Of a DNA stretch of 64,000 nucleotides, positions 16,561-33,519 are shown one piece after another (position 1 is the first letter of the stretch; every line of letters begins with the position of its first letter). Source of the DNA: Eledone cirrhosa (lineage: Eukaryota); assembly GCA_964016885.1 (NCBI GenBank), contig OZ024759.1, positions 1,054,001 to 1,118,000 of the forward strand. Reading direction: 5' to 3'. A program made the translations under genes and the position numbers. Below the pieces are notes generated by a model. The model did no database searches and was not told where the DNA came from. It worked only from the letters and a program-made list of their open reading frames with translations.

Positions 16561-17959
16561 ATATTAGTAACATGACACAGTCTATATTAGTAACATGACA
16601 AAGACTCTATTAGTAACATGACAAAGTCTATATTAGTAACATGACAGTCTATATTAGTAACATGACAAAATCTATATTAGTAACATGACAGTCTATATTA
16701 GTAACATGACAAAGTCTATATTAGTAACATGACAGTCTATATTGTACCATGACACAGTCTATATTAGTAACATGACATAGTCTATATTAGTAACATGACA
16801 AAGTCTATATTAGTAACATGACAGTCTATATTGTAACATGACACAGTCTATATTAGTAACATGACACAGTCTATATTAGTAACATGACAGTCTATATTAG
16901 TAACATGACACAGTCTATATTAGTAACATGACAAAGTCTATATTACTAACATGACAAAGTCTATATTAGTAACATGACACAGTCTATATTAGTAACATGA
17001 CACAGTCTATATTAGTAACATGACACAGTCTATATTAGTAACATGACAAAGTCTATATTAGTAACATGACAAAGTCTATATTAGTAACATGACAGTCTAT
17101 ATTAGTAACATGACAAAGTCTATATTAGTAACATGACACAGTCTATATTAGTAACATGACAAAGTCTCTATTAGTAACATGACAAAGTCTATATTAGTAA
17201 CATGACAGTCTATATTAGTAACATGACACAGTCTATATTAGTAACATGACACAGTCTATATTAGTAACATGACAAAGTCTATATTAGTAACATGACAAAG
17301 TCTATATTAGTAACATGACAAAGTCTATATTAGTAACATGACACAGTGTATATTAGTAATATGACAGTCTATATTAGTAGCATGACAAAGTCTATATTAG
17401 TAACATGACAAAGTCTATATTAGTAACATGACACAGTCTATATTAGTAACATGACAAAGTCTATATTAGTAACATGACAAAGTCTATATTAGTAACATGA
17501 CACAGTCTATATTAGTAACATGACACAGTCTATATTAGTAACATGACACAGTCTATATTAGTAACATGACAAAGTCTATATTAGTAACATGGCAAAGTCT
17601 ATATTAGTAACATGACAAAGTCTATATTAGTAGCATGACAAGGTCTATATTAGTAACATGACACAGTCTATATTAGTAACATGACAGAGTCTATATTAGT
17701 AACATGACAGTCTATATTAGTAACATGCCAAAGTCTATATTAGTAACATGACAAAGACTCTATTAGTAACATGACAAAGTCTATATTAGTAACATGACAG
17801 TCTATATTAGTAACATGACAGTCTATATTAGTAACATGACAAAATCTATATTAGTAACATGACAGTCTATATTAGTAACATGTCAAAGTCTATATTAGTA
17901 ACATGACAGTCTATATTGTACCATGACACAGTCTATATTAGTAACATGACATAGTCTAT

Positions 17960-20590
17960 ATTAGTAACATGACAAAGTCTATATTAGTAACATGACAGTC
18001 TTTATTGTAACATGACACAGTCTATATTAGTAACATGACACAGTCTATATTAGTAACATGACAGTCTATATTAGTAACATGACAAAGTCTATATTAGTAA
18101 CATGACAAAGTCTATATTAGTAACATGACAAAGTCTATATTAGTAACATGACAAAGTCTATATTAGTAACATGACACAGTGTATATTAGTAATATGACAG
18201 TCTATATTAGTAGCATGACAAAGTCTATATTAGTAACATGACAAAGTCTATATTAGTAACATGACACAGTCTATATTAGTAACATGACACAGTCTATATT
18301 AGTAACATGACACAGTCTATATTAGTAACATGACAAAGTCTATATTAGTAACATGGCAAAGTCTATATTAGTAACATGACAAAGTCTATATTAGTAACAT
18401 GACAAGGTCTATATTAGTAACATGACACAGTCTATATTAGTAACATGACAAAGTCTATATTAGTTACATGACAGTCTATATTAGTAACATGCCAAAGTCT
18501 ATATTAGTAGCATGACAAAGTCTATATTAGTAGCATGACACAGTCTATATTAGTAACATGACATAGTCTATATTAGTAACATGACACAGTCTATATTAGT
18601 AGCATGACAAAGTCTATATTAGTAACATGACAAAGTCTATATTAGTAACATGAGAAAGTCTATATTAGTAACATGACACAGTCTATATTAGTAACATGAC
18701 AAAGTCTATATTATTAACATGACACAGTCTATATTAGTAACATGACACAGTCTATATTAGTAACATGACAAAGTCTATATTAGTAGCATGACAAAGTCTA
18801 TATTAGTAACATGACAAAGTCTATATTAGTAACATGACACAGTCTATATTAGTAACATGACAAAGTCTATATTAGTAACATGACGGTCTATATTAGTAAC
18901 ATGACAGTCTATATTAGTAGCATGACAAAGTCTATATTAGTAACATGACACAGTCTATATTAGTAACATGACAAAGTCTATATTAGTAACATGACAGTCT
19001 ATATTGTAACATGACACAGTCTATATTAGTAACATGACACAGTCTATATTAGTAACATGACAGTCTATATTAGTAACATGACAAAGTCTACATTAGTAGC
19101 ATGACAAAGTCTATATTAGCAGCATGACACAGTCTATATTAGTAACATGACACAGTCTATATTAGTAACATGACACAGTCTATATTAGTAACATGACAAA
19201 GTCTATATTAGTAGCATGACAAAGTCTATATTAGTAACATGACAAAGTCTATATTAGTAACATGACACAGTCTATATTAGTAACATGACAAAGTCTATAT
19301 TAGTAACATGACAAAGTCTATATTAGTAACATGACAGTCTATATTAGTAACATGACAAAGTCTATATTAGTAACATGACAAAGTCTCTATTAGTAACATG
19401 ACAAAGTCTATATTAGTAACATGACAGTCTATATTAGTAACATGACAAAGTCTATATTAGTAACATGACAAAGTCTATATTAGTAACATGACAGTCTTTA
19501 TTGTAACATGACACAGTCTATATTAGTAACATGACACAGTCTATATTAGTAACATGACAGTCTATATTAGTAACATGACAAAGTCTATATTAGTAACATG
19601 ACAAAGTCTATATTAGTAACATGACACAGTCTATATTAGTAACATGACAAAGTCTATATTAGTAACATGACAAAGTCTATATTAGTAACATGACACAGTG
19701 TATATTAGTAATATGACAGTCTATATTAGTAGCATGACAAAGTCTATATTAGTAACATGACAAAGTCTATATTAGTAACATGACACAGTCTATATTAGTA
19801 ACATGACACAGTCTATATTAGTAACATGACACAGTCTATATTAGTAACATGACAAAGTCTATATTAGTAACATGGCAAAGTCTATATTAGTAACATGACA
19901 AAGTCTATATTAGTAACATGACAAGGTCTATATTAGTAACATGACACAGTCTATATTAGTAACATGACAAAGTCTATATTAGTAACATGACAGTCTATAT
20001 TAGTAACATGCCAAAGTCTATATTAGTAGCATGACAAAGTCTATATTAGTAGCATGACACAGTCTATATTAGTAACATGACATAGTCTATATTAGTAACA
20101 TGACACAGTCTATATTAGTAGCATGACAAAGTCTATATTAGTAACATGACAAAGTCTATATTAGTAACATGAGAAAGTCTATATTAGTAACATGACACAG
20201 TCTATATTAGTAACATGACAAAGTCTATATTAGTAACATGACACAGTCTATATTAGTAACATGACACAGTCTATATTAGTAACATGACAAAGTCTATATT
20301 AGTAGCATGACAAAGTCTATATTAGTAACATGACAAAGTCTATATTAGTAACATGACACAGTCTATATTAGTAACATGACAAAGTCTATATTAGTAACAT
20401 GACGGTCTATATTAGTAACATGACAGTCTATATTAGTAGCATGACAAAGTCTATATTAGTAACATGACACAGTCTATATTAGTAACATGACAAAGTCTAT
20501 ATTAGTAACATGACAGTCTATATTGTAACATGACACAGTCTATATTAGTAACATGACACAGTCTATATTAGTAACATGACAGTCTATATT
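17960..20590. repeat. Duplication, offset ~1.5 kb
   Basis: GTCTTTATTG at 17998/19494 (1496); GAGAAAG at 18652/20171 (1519, one extra monomer). Confidence 0.75.
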
Positions 20591-23500
20591 AGTAACATGA
20601 CAAAGTCTATATTAGTAACATGACAAAGTCTATATTAGTAACATGACAGTCTATATTAGTAACATGACAAAGTCTCTATTAGTAACATGACAAAGTCTAT
20701 ATTAGTAACATGACAGTCTATATTAGTAACATGACACAGTCTATATTAGTAACATGACAGTCTATATTAGTAACATGACAAAGTCTATATTAGTAACATG
20801 ACAAAGTCTATATTAGTAACATGACAAAGTCTATATTAGTAGCATGACACAGTCTATATTAGTAACATGACAAAGTCTATATTAGTAACATGACAATGTC
20901 TATATTAGTAACATGACACAGTCTATATTAGTAACATGACACAGTCTATATTAGTAACATGACAAAGTCTATATTAGTAGCATGACAAAGTCTATATTAG
21001 TAACATGACACAGTCTATATTAGTAACATGACAAAGTCTATATTAGTAGCATGACAAAGTCTATATTAGTAACATGACAAAGTCTATATTAGTAACATGA
21101 CACAGTCTATATTAGTAACATGACAGTCTATATTAGTAAAATGACAGTCCATATTAGTAGCATGACAAAGTCTATATTAGTAACATGACAAAGTCTATAT
21201 TAGTAACATGACACAGTCTATATTAGTAACATGACACAGTCTATATTAGTAACATCACACAGTCTATATTAGTAACATGACAAAGTCTATATTAGTAACA
21301 TGGCAAAGTCTATATTAGTAACATGACAAAGTCTATATTAGTAACATGACAAGGCCTATATTAGTAATATGACACAGTCTATATTAGTAACATGACAAAG
21401 TCTATATTAGTAACATGACAGTCTATATTAGTAACATGACAAAGTCTATATTAGTAACATGACAAAGTCTATATTAGTAACATGACAGTCTATATTAGTA
21501 AAATGACAAAGTCTATATTAGTAACATGAGAAAGTCTATATTAGTAACATGACACAGTCTATATTAGTAACATGACAAAGTCTATATTAGTAACATGACA
21601 CAGTCTATATTAGTAACATGACACAGTCTATATTAGTAACATGACAAAGTCTATATTAGTAGCATGACAAAGTCTATATTAGTAACATGACAAAGTCTAT
21701 ATTAGTAACATGACACAGTCTATATTAGTAACATGACAAAGTCTATATTAGTAACATGACGGTCTATATTAGTAACATGACAGTCTATATTAGTAGCATG
21801 ACAAAGTCTATATTAGTAACATGACACAGTCTATATTAGTAACATGACACAGTCTATATTAGTAACATGACAAAGTCTATATTAGTAGCATGACAAAGTC
21901 TATATTAGTAACATGACACAGTCTATATTAGTAACATGACAAAGTCTATATTAGTAGCATGACAAAGTCTATATTAGTAACATGACAAAGTCTATATTAG
22001 TAACATGACACAGTCTATATTAGTAACATGAGAGTCTATATTAGTAACATGACAGTCCATATTAGTAGCATGACAAAGTCTATATTAGTAACATGACAAA
22101 GTCTATATTAGTAACATGACACAGTCTATATTAGTAACATGACACAGTCTATATTAGTAACATCATACAGTCTATATTAGTAACATGACACAGTCTATAT
22201 TAGTAACATGACAGTCTATATTAGTAACATGACAAAGTCTATATTAGTAACATGACAAAGTCTATATTAGTAACATGACAGTCTATATTAGTAACATGAC
22301 AAAGTCTCTATTAGTAACATGACAAAGTCTATATTAGTAACATGACAGTCTATATTAGTAACATGACACAGTCTATATTAGTAACATGACAGTCTATATT
22401 AGTAACATGACAAAGTCTATATTAGTAACATGACAAAGTCTATATTAGTAACATGACAAAGTCTATATTAGTAGCATGACACAGTCTATATTAGTAACAT
22501 GACAAAGTCTATATTAGTAACATGACAATGTCTATATTAGTAACATGACACAGTCTATATTAGTAACATGACACAGTCTATATTAGTAACATGACAAAGT
22601 CTATATTAGTAGCATGACAAAGTCTATATTAGTAACATGACACAGTCTATATTAGTAACATGACAAAGTCTATATTAGTAGCATGACAAAGTCTATATTA
22701 GTAACATGACAAAGTCTATATTAGTAACATGACACAGTCTATATTAGTAACATGACAGTCTATATTAGTAAAATGACAGTCCATATTAGTAGCATGACAA
22801 AGTCTATATTAGTAACATGACAAAGTCTATATTAGTAACATGACACAGTCTATATTAGTAACATGACACAGTCTATATTAGTAACATCACACAGTCTATA
22901 TTAGTAACATGACAAAGTCTATATTAGTAACATGGCAAAGTCTATATTAGTAACATGACAAAGTCTATATTAGTAACATGACAAGGCCTATATTAGTAAT
23001 ATGACACAGTCTATATTAGTAACATGACAAAGTCTATATTAGTAACATGACAGTCTATATTAGTAACATGACAAAGTCTATATTAGTAACATGACAAAGT
23101 CTATATTAGTAACATGACAGTCTATATTAGTAAAATGACAAAGTCTATATTAGTAACATGAGAAAGTCTATATTAGTAACATGACACAGTCTATATTAGT
23201 AACATGACAAAGTCTATATTAGTAACATGACACAGTCTATATTAGTAACATGACACAGTCTATATTAGTAACATGACAAAGTCTATATTAGTAGCATGAC
23301 AAAGTCTATATTAGTAACATGACAAAGTCTATATTAGTAACATGACACAGTCTATATTAGTAACATGACAAAGTCTATATTAGTAACATGACGGTCTATA
23401 TTAGTAACATGACAGTCTATATTAGTAGCATGACAAAGTCTATATTAGTAACATGACACAGTCTATATTAGTAACATGACACAGTCTATATTAGTAACAT

Positions 23501-23820
23501 GACAAAGTCTATATTAGTAGCATGACAAAGTCTATATTAGTAACATGACACAGTCTATATTAGTAACATGACAAAGTCTATATTAGTAGCATGACAAAGT
23601 CTATATTAGTAACATGACAAAGTCTATATTAGTAACATGACACAGTCTATATTAGTAACATGAGAGTCTATATTAGTAACATGACAGTCCATATTAGTAG
23701 CATGACAAAGTCTATATTAGTAACATGACAAAGTCTATATTAGTAACATGACACAGTCTATATTAGTAACATGACACAGTCTATATTAGTAACATCATAC
23801 AGTCTATATTAGTAACATGA
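20540..23820. repeat. Tandem duplication, period 1632 bp
   Basis: GACAATG at 20892/22524 and the private variant GAGAGTC at 22030/23662. Confidence 0.9.
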
Positions 23821-24529
23821 CAAAGTCTATATTAGTAACATGGCAAAGTCTATATTAGTAACATGACAAAGTCTATATTAGTAACATGACAAAGTCTATA
23901 TTAGTAACATGACAAAGTCTATATTAGTAACATGACAGTCTATATTAGTAACATGACAAAGTCTATATTAGTAACATGACACAGTCTATATTAGTAACAT
24001 GAAACAGTCTATATTAGTAACATGACACAGTTTATATTAGTAACATGACAAAGTCTATATTAGTAACACGACAAAGTCTATATTAGTAACATGGCAGTCT
24101 ATATTAGTTACATGACAAAGTCTATATTAGTAACATGACACAGTCTATATTAGTAACATGACAAAGACTCTATTAGTAACATGACAAAGTCTATATTAGT
24201 AACATGACAGTCTATATTAGTAACATGACAGTCTATATTAGTAACATGACAAAATCTATATTAGTAACATGACAGTCTATATTAGTAACATGACAAAGTC
24301 GATATTAGTAACATGACAGTCTATATTGTACCATGACACAGTCTATATTAGTAACATGACATAGTCTATATTAGTAACATGACAAAGTCTATATTAGTAA
24401 CATGACAGTCTTTATTGTAACATGACACAGTCTATATTAGTAACATGACACAGTCTATATTAGTAACATGACAGTCTATATTAGTAACATGACAAAGTCT
24501 ATATTAGTAACATGACAAAGTCTATATTA

Positions 24530-27500
24530 GTAACATGACACAGTGTATATTAGTAACATGACACAGTCTATATTAGTAGCATGACAAAGTCTATATTAGT
24601 AACATGACAAAGTCTATATTAGTAACATGACACAGTCTATATTAGTAACATGACAAAGTCTATATTAGTAACATGACAAAGTCTATATTAGTAACATGAC
24701 ACAGTGTATATTAGTAATATGACAGTCTATATTAGTAGCATGACAAAGTCTATATTAGTAACATGACACAGTCTATATTAGTAACATGACACAGTCTATA
24801 TTAGTAACATGACACAGTCTATATTAGTAACATGACACAGTCTATATTAGTAACATGACAAAGTCTATATTAGTAACATGGCAAAGTCTATATTAGTAAA
24901 CATGACAAAGTCTATATTAGTAACATGACAAGGTCTATATTAGTAACATGACACAGTCTATATTAGTAACATGACAAAGTCTATATTAGTAACATGACAG
25001 TCTATATTAGTAACATGCCAAAGTCTATATTAGTAGCATGACAAAGTCTATATTAGTAGCATGACACAGTCTATATTAGTAACATGACATAGTCTATATT
25101 AGTAACATGACACAGTCTATATTAGTAGCATGACAAAGTCTATATTAGTAACATGACAAAGTCTATATTAGTAACATGAGAAAGTCTATATTAGTAACAT
25201 GACACAGTCTATATTAGTAACATGACAAAGTCTATATTAGTAACATGACACAGTCTATATTAGTAACATGGCACAGTCTATATTAGTAACATGACAAAGT
25301 CTATATTAGTAGCATGACAAAGTCTATATTAGTAACATGACAAAGTCTATATTAGTAACATGACACAGTCTATATTAGTAACATGACACAGTCTATATTA
25401 GTAACATGACGGTCTATATTAGTAACATGACAGTCTATATTAGTAGCATGACAAAGTCTATATTAGTAACATGACACAGTCTATATTAGTAACATGACAC
25501 AGTCTATATTAGTAAAATGACAAAGTCTATATTAGTAGCATGACAAAGTCTATATTAGTAACATGACACAGTCTATATTAGTAACATGACAAAGTCTATA
25601 TTAGTAGCATGACAAAGTCTATATTAGTAACATGACAAAGTCTATATTAGTAACATGACACAGTCTATATTAGTAACATGACAGTCTATATTAGTAACAT
25701 GACAGTCCATATTAGTAGCATGACAAAGTCTATATTAGTAACATGACAAAGTCTATATTAGTAACATGACACAGTCTATATTAGTAACATGACACAGTCT
25801 ATATTAGTAACATCATACAGTCTATATTAGTAACATGACAAAGTCTATATTAGTAACATGGCAAAGTCTATATTAGTAACATGACAAAGTCTATATTAGT
25901 AACATGACAAGGCCTATATTAGTAACATGACACAGTCTATATTAGTAACATGACAAAGTCTATATTAGTAACATGACAGTCTATATTAGTAACATGACAA
26001 AGTCTATATTAGTAACATGACACAGTCTATATTAGTAACATGACAGTCTATATTAGTAACATGACACAGTGTATATTAGTAACATGACACAGTCTATATT
26101 AGTAGCATGACAAAGTCTATATTAGTAACATGACAAAGTCTATATTAGTAACATGACACAGTCTATATTAGTAACATGACAAAGTCTATATTAGTAACAT
26201 GACAAAGTCTATATTAGTAACATGACACAGTGTATATTAGTAATATGACAGTCTATATTAGTAGCATGACAAAGTCTATATTAGTAACATGACACAGTCT
26301 ATATTAGTAACATGACACAGTCTATATTAGTAACATGACACAGTCTATATTAGTAACATGACACAGTCTATATTAGTAACATGACAAAGTCTATATTAGT
26401 AACATGGCAAAGTCTATATTAGTAAACATGACAAAGTCTATATTAGTAACATGACAAGGTCTATATTAGTAACATGACACAGTCTATATTAGTAACATGA
26501 CAAAGTCTATATTAGTAACATGACAGTCTATATTAGTAACATGCCAAAGTCTATATTAGTAGCATGACAAAGTCTATATTAGTAGCATGACACAGTCTAT
26601 ATTAGTAACATGACATAGTCTATATTAGTAACATGACACAGTCTATATTAGTAGCATGACAAAGTCTATATTAGTAACATGACAAAGTCTATATTAGTAA
26701 CATGAGAAAGTCTATATTAGTAACATGACACAGTCTATATTAGTAACATGACAAAGTCTATATTAGTAACATGACACAGTCTATATTAGTAACATGGCAC
26801 AGTCTATATTAGTAACATGACAAAGTCTATATTAGTAGCATGACAAAGTCTATATTAGTAACATGACAAAGTCTATATTAGTAACATGACACAGTCTATA
26901 TTAGTAACATGACAAAGTCTATATTAGTAACATGACGGTCTATATTAGTAACATGACAGTCTATATTAGTAGCATGACAAAGTCTATATTAGTAACATGA
27001 CACAGTCTATATTAGTAACATGACACAGTCTATATTAGTAAAATGACAAAGTCTATATTAGTAGCATGACAAAGTCTATATTAGTAACATGACACAGTCT
27101 ATATTAGTAACATGACAAAGTCTATATTAGTAGCATGACAAAGTCTATATTAGTAACATGACAAAGTCTATATTAGTAACATGACACAGTCTATATTAGT
27201 AACATGACAGTCTATATTAGTAACATGACAGTCCATATTAGTAGCATGACAAAGTCTATATTAGTAACATGACAAAGTCTATATTAGTAACATGACACAG
27301 TCTATATTAGTAACATGACACAGTCTATATTAGTAACATCATACAGTCTATATTAGTAACATGACAAAGTCTATATTAGTAACATGGCAAAGTCTATATT
27401 AGTAACATGACAAAGTCTATATTAGTAACATGACAAGGCCTATATTAGTAACATGACACAGTCTATATTAGTAACATGACAAAGTCTATATTAGTAACAT

Positions 27501-27590
27501 GACAGTCTATATTAGTAACATGACAAAGTCTATATTAGTAACATGACACAGTCTATATTAGTAACATGACAGTCTATATTAGTAACATGA
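24530..27590. repeat. Tandem duplication, period 1526 bp
   Basis: Private 1-bp insertion AGTAAACATG at 24895/26421; GGCACAG at 25270/26796. Confidence 0.9.
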
Positions 27591-30500
27591 CAAAGTCTAT
27601 ATTAGTAACATGACACAGTCTATATTAGTAACAAGACACAGTTTATATTAGTAACATGACAAAGTCTATATTAGTAACATGACATAGTCTATATTAGTAA
27701 CATGGCAGTCTATATTAGTTACATGACAAAGTCTATATTAGTAACATGACACAGTCTATATTAGTAACATAACAAAGACTCTATTAGTAACATGACAAAG
27801 TCTATATTAGTAACATGACAGTCTATATTAGTAACATGACAAAATCTATATTAGTAACATGACAGTCTATATTAGTAACATGACAAAGTCTATATTAGTA
27901 ACATGACAGTCTATATTGTACCATGACACAGTCTATATTAGTAACATGACATAGTCTATATTAGTAACATGACAAAGTCTATATTAGTAACATGACAGTC
28001 TATATTGTAACATGACACAGTCTATATTAGTAACATGACACAGTCTATATTAGTAACATGACAGTCTATATTAGTAACATGACAAAGTCTATATTAGTAA
28101 CATGACAAAGTCTATATTAGTAACATGACAAAGTCTATATTAGTAGCATGATACAGTCTAAATTAGTAACATGACACAGTCTATATTAGTAACATGACAG
28201 TCTATATTAGTAACATGACACAGTCTATATTAGTAACATGACAAAGTCTATATTAGTAGTATGACAAAGTCTATATTAGTAACATGACAGTCTATATTAG
28301 TAACATGACAAAGTCTATATTAGTAGCATGACAAAGTCTATATTAGTAGCATGACACAGTCTATATTAGTAACATGACACAGTCTATATTAGTAACATGA
28401 CACAGTCTATATTAGTAACATGACAAAGTCTATATTAGTAGCATGACAAAGTCTATATTAGTAACATGACAAAGTCTATATTAGTAACATGACACAGTCT
28501 ATATTAGTAACATGACAATGTCTATATTAGTAACATGACAAAGTCTATATTAGTAACATGACAGTCTATATTAGTAACATGACAAAGTCTATATTAGTAA
28601 CATGACAAAGTCTCTATTAGTAACATGACAAAGTCTATATTAGTAACATGACAGTCTATATTAGTAACATGACAAAGTCTATATTAGTAACATGACAGTC
28701 TATATTGTAACATGACACAGTCTATATTAGTAACATGACACAGTTTATATTAGTAACATGACATAGTCTATATTAGTAACATGACAAAGTCTATATTAGT
28801 AACATGACAGTCTATATTGTAACATGACACAGTCTATATTAGTAACATGACACACTCTATATTAGTAACATGACAGTCTATATTAGTAACATGACAAAGT
28901 CTATATTAGTAACATGACAAAGTCTATATTAGTAACATGACAAAGTCTATATTAGTAACATGACAGAGTCTATATTAGTAGCATGACACAGTCTATATTA
29001 GTAACATGACAAAGTCTATATTAGTAACATGACAAAGTCTATATTAGTAACATGACACAGTCTATATTAGTAACATGACACAGTCTATATTAGTAACATG
29101 ACAAAGTCTATATTAGTAGCATGACAAAGTCTATATTAGTAACATGACACAGTTTATATTAGTAACATGACAAAGTCTATATTAGTAGCATGACAAAGTC
29201 TATATTAGTAACATGACAAAGACTATATTAGTAACATGACACAGTCTATATTAGTAACATGACAGTCTATATTAGTAAAATGACAGTCCATATTAGTAGC
29301 ATGACAAAGTCTATATTAGTAACATGACAAAGTCTATATTAGTAACATGACACAGTCTATATTAGTAACATGACACAGTCTATATTAGTAACATCACACA
29401 GTCTATATTAGTAACATGACAAAGTCTATATTAGTAACATGGCAAAGTCTATATTAGTAACATGACAACGTCTATATTAGTAACATGACAAGGCCTATAT
29501 TAGTAATATGACACAGTCTATATTAGTAACATGACAAAGTCTATATTAGTAACATGACAGTCTATATTAGTAACATGACAAAGTCTATATTAGTAACATG
29601 ACAAAGTCTATATTAGTAACATGACAGTCTATATTAGTAAGATGACAAAGTCTATATTAGTAACATGAGAAAGTCTATATTAGTAACATGACACAGTCTA
29701 TATTAGTAACATGACAAAGTCTATATTAGTAACATGACACAGTCTATATTAGTAACATCACACAGTCTATATTAGTAACATGACAAAGTCTATATTAGTA
29801 ACATGGCAAAGTCTATATTAGTAACATGACAAAGTCTATATTAGTAACATGACAAGGCCTATATTAGTAATATGACACAGTCTATATTAGTAACATGACA
29901 AAGTCTATATTAGTAACATGACAGTCTATATTAGTAACATGACAAAGTCTATATTAGTAACATGACAAAGTCTATATTAGTAACATGACAGTCTATATTA
30001 GTAAAATGACAAAGTCTATATTAGTAACATGAGAAAGTCTATATTAGTAACATGACACAGTCTATATTACTAACATGACAAAGTCTATATTAGTAACATG
30101 ACACAGTCTATATTAGTAACATGACACAGTCTATATTAGTAACATGACAAAGTCTATATTAGTAGCATGACAAAGTCTATATTAGTAACATGACAAAGTC
30201 TATATTAGTAACATGACACAGTCTATATTAGTAACATGACAAAGTCTATATTAGTAACATGACGGTCTATATTAGTAACATGACAATCTATATTAGTAGC
30301 ATGACAAAGTCTATATTAGTAACATGACACAGTCTATATTAGTAACATGACACAGTCTATATTAGTAACATGACAAAGTCTATATTAGTAGCATGACAAA
30401 GTCTATATTAGTAACATGACACAGTCTATATTAGTAACATGACAAAGTCTATATTAGTAGCATGACAAAGTCTATATTAGTAACATGACAAAGTCTATAT

Positions 30501-33500
30501 TAGTAACATGACACAGTCTATATTAGTAACATGACAGTCTATATTAGTAACATGACAGTCCATATTAGTAGCATGACAAAGTCTATATTAGTAACATGAC
30601 AAAGTCTATATTAGTAACATGACACAGTCTATATTAGTAACATGACACAGTCTATATTAGTAACATCATACAGTCTATATTAGTAACATGACAAAGTCTA
30701 TATTAGTAACATGGCAAAGTCTATATTAGTAACATGACAAAGTCTATATTAGTAACATGACAAAGTCTATATTAGTAACATGACAAAGTCTATATTAGTA
30801 ACATGACAGTCTATATTAGTAACATGACAAAGTCTATATTAGTAACATGACACAGTCTATATTAGTAACATGAAACAGTCTATATTAGTAACATGACACA
30901 GTTTATATTAGTAACATGACAAAGTCTATATTAGTAACATGACAAAGTCTATATTAGTAACATGGCAGTCTATATTAGTTACATGACAAAGTCTATATTA
31001 GTAACATGACACAGTCTATATTAGTAACATGACAAAGACTCTATTAGTAACATGACAAAGTCTATATTAGTAACATGACAGTCTATATTAGTAACATGAC
31101 AGTCTATATTAGTAACATGACAAAATCTATATTAGTAACATGACAGTCTATATTAGTAACATGACAAAGTCTATATTAGTAACATGACAGTCTATATTGT
31201 ACCATGACACAGTCTATATTAGTAACATGACATAGTCTATATTAGTAACATGACAAAGTCTATATTAGTAACATGACAGTCTTTATTGTAACATGACACA
31301 GTCTATATTAGTAACATGACACAGTCTATATTAGTAACATGACAGTCTATATTAGTAACATGACAAAGTCTATATTAGTAACATGACAAAGTCTATATTA
31401 GTAACATGACACAGTGTATATTAGTAACATGACACAGTCTATATTAGTAGCATGACAAAGTCTATATTAGTAACATGACAAAGTCTATATTAGTAACATG
31501 ACACAGTCTATATTAGTAACATGACAAAGTCTATATTAGTAACATGACAAAGTCTATATTAGTAACATAACACAGTGTATATTAGTAATATGACAGTCTA
31601 TATTAGTAGCATGACAAAGTCTATATTAGTAACATGACAAAGTCTATATTAGTAACATGACACAGTCTATATTAGTAACATGACACAGTCTATATTAGTA
31701 ACATGACACAGTCTATATTAGTAACATGACAAAGTCTATATTAGTAACATGGCAAAGTCTATATTAGTAACATGACAAAGTCTATATTAGTAACATGACA
31801 AGGTCTATATTAGTAACATGACACAGTCTATATTAGTAACATGACAAAGTCTATATTAGTAACATGACAGTCTATATTAGTAACATGCCAAAGTCTATAT
31901 TAGTAGCATGACAAAGTCTATATTAGTAGCATGACACAGTCTATATTAGTAACATGACATAGTCTATATTAGTAACATGACACAGTCTATATTAGTAGCA
32001 TGACAAAGTCTATATTAGTAACATGACAAAGTCTATATTAGTAACATGAGAAAGTCTATATTAGTAACATGACACAGTCTATATTAGTAACATGACAAAG
32101 TCTATATTAGTAACATGACACAGTCTATATTAGTAACATGACACAGTCTATATTAGTAACATGACAAAGTCTATATTAGTAGCATGACAAAGTCTATATT
32201 AGTAACATGACAAAGTCTATATTAGTAACATGACACAGTCTATATTAGTAACATGACAAAGTCTATATTAGTAACATGACGGTCTATATTAGTAACATGA
32301 CAGTCTATATTAGTAGCATGACAAAGTCTATATTAGTAACATGACACAGTCTATATTAGTAACATGACACAGTCTATATTAGTAACATGACAAAGTCTAT
32401 ATTAGTAGCATGACAAAGTCTATATTAGTAACATGACACAGTCTATATTAGTAACATGACAAAGTCTATATTAGTAGCATGACAAAGTCTATATTAGTAA
32501 CATGACAAAGTCTATATTAGTAACATGACACAGTCTATATTAGTAACATGACAGTCTATATTAGTAACATGACAGTCCATATTAGTAGCATGACAAAGTC
32601 TATATTAGTAACATGACAAAGTCTATATTAGTAACATGACACAGTCTATATTAGTAACATGACACAGTCTATATTAGTAACATCATACAGTCTATATTAG
32701 TAACATGACAAAGTCTATATTAGTAACATGGCAAAGTCTATATTAGTAACATGACAAAGTCTATATTAGTAACATGACAAGGCCTATATTAGTAACATGA
32801 CACAGTCTATGTTAGTAACATGACAAAGTCTATATTAGTAACATGACAGTCTATATTAGTAACATGACAAAGTCTATATTAGTAACATGACACAGTCTAT
32901 ATTAGTAACATGACAGTCTATATTAGTAACATGACAAAGTCTATATTAGTAACATGACACAGTCTATATTAGTAACATGACACAGTTTATATTAGTAACA
33001 TGACAAAGTCTATATTAGTAACATGACATAGTCTATATTAGTAACATGGCAGTCTATATTAGTTACATGACAAAGTCTATATTAGTAACATGACACAGTC
33101 TATATTAGTAACATAACAAAGACTCTATTAGTAACATGACAAAGTCTATATTAGTAACATGACAGTCTATATTAGTAACATGACAAAATCTATATTAGTA
33201 ACATGACAGTCTATATTAGTAACATGACAAAGTCTATATTAGTAACATGACAGTCTATATTGTACCATGACACAGTCTATATTAGTAACATGACAGTCTA
33301 TATTGTAACATGACACAGTCTATATTAGTAACATGACACAGTCTATATTAGTAACATGACAGTCTATATTAGTAACATGACAAAGTCTATATTAGTAACA
33401 TGACAAAGTCTATATTAGTAACATGACAAAGTCTATATTAGTAGCATGACACAGTCCATATTAGTAACATGACAAAGTCTATATTAGTAACATGACACAG

Positions 33501-33519
33501 TCTATATTAGTAACATGAC

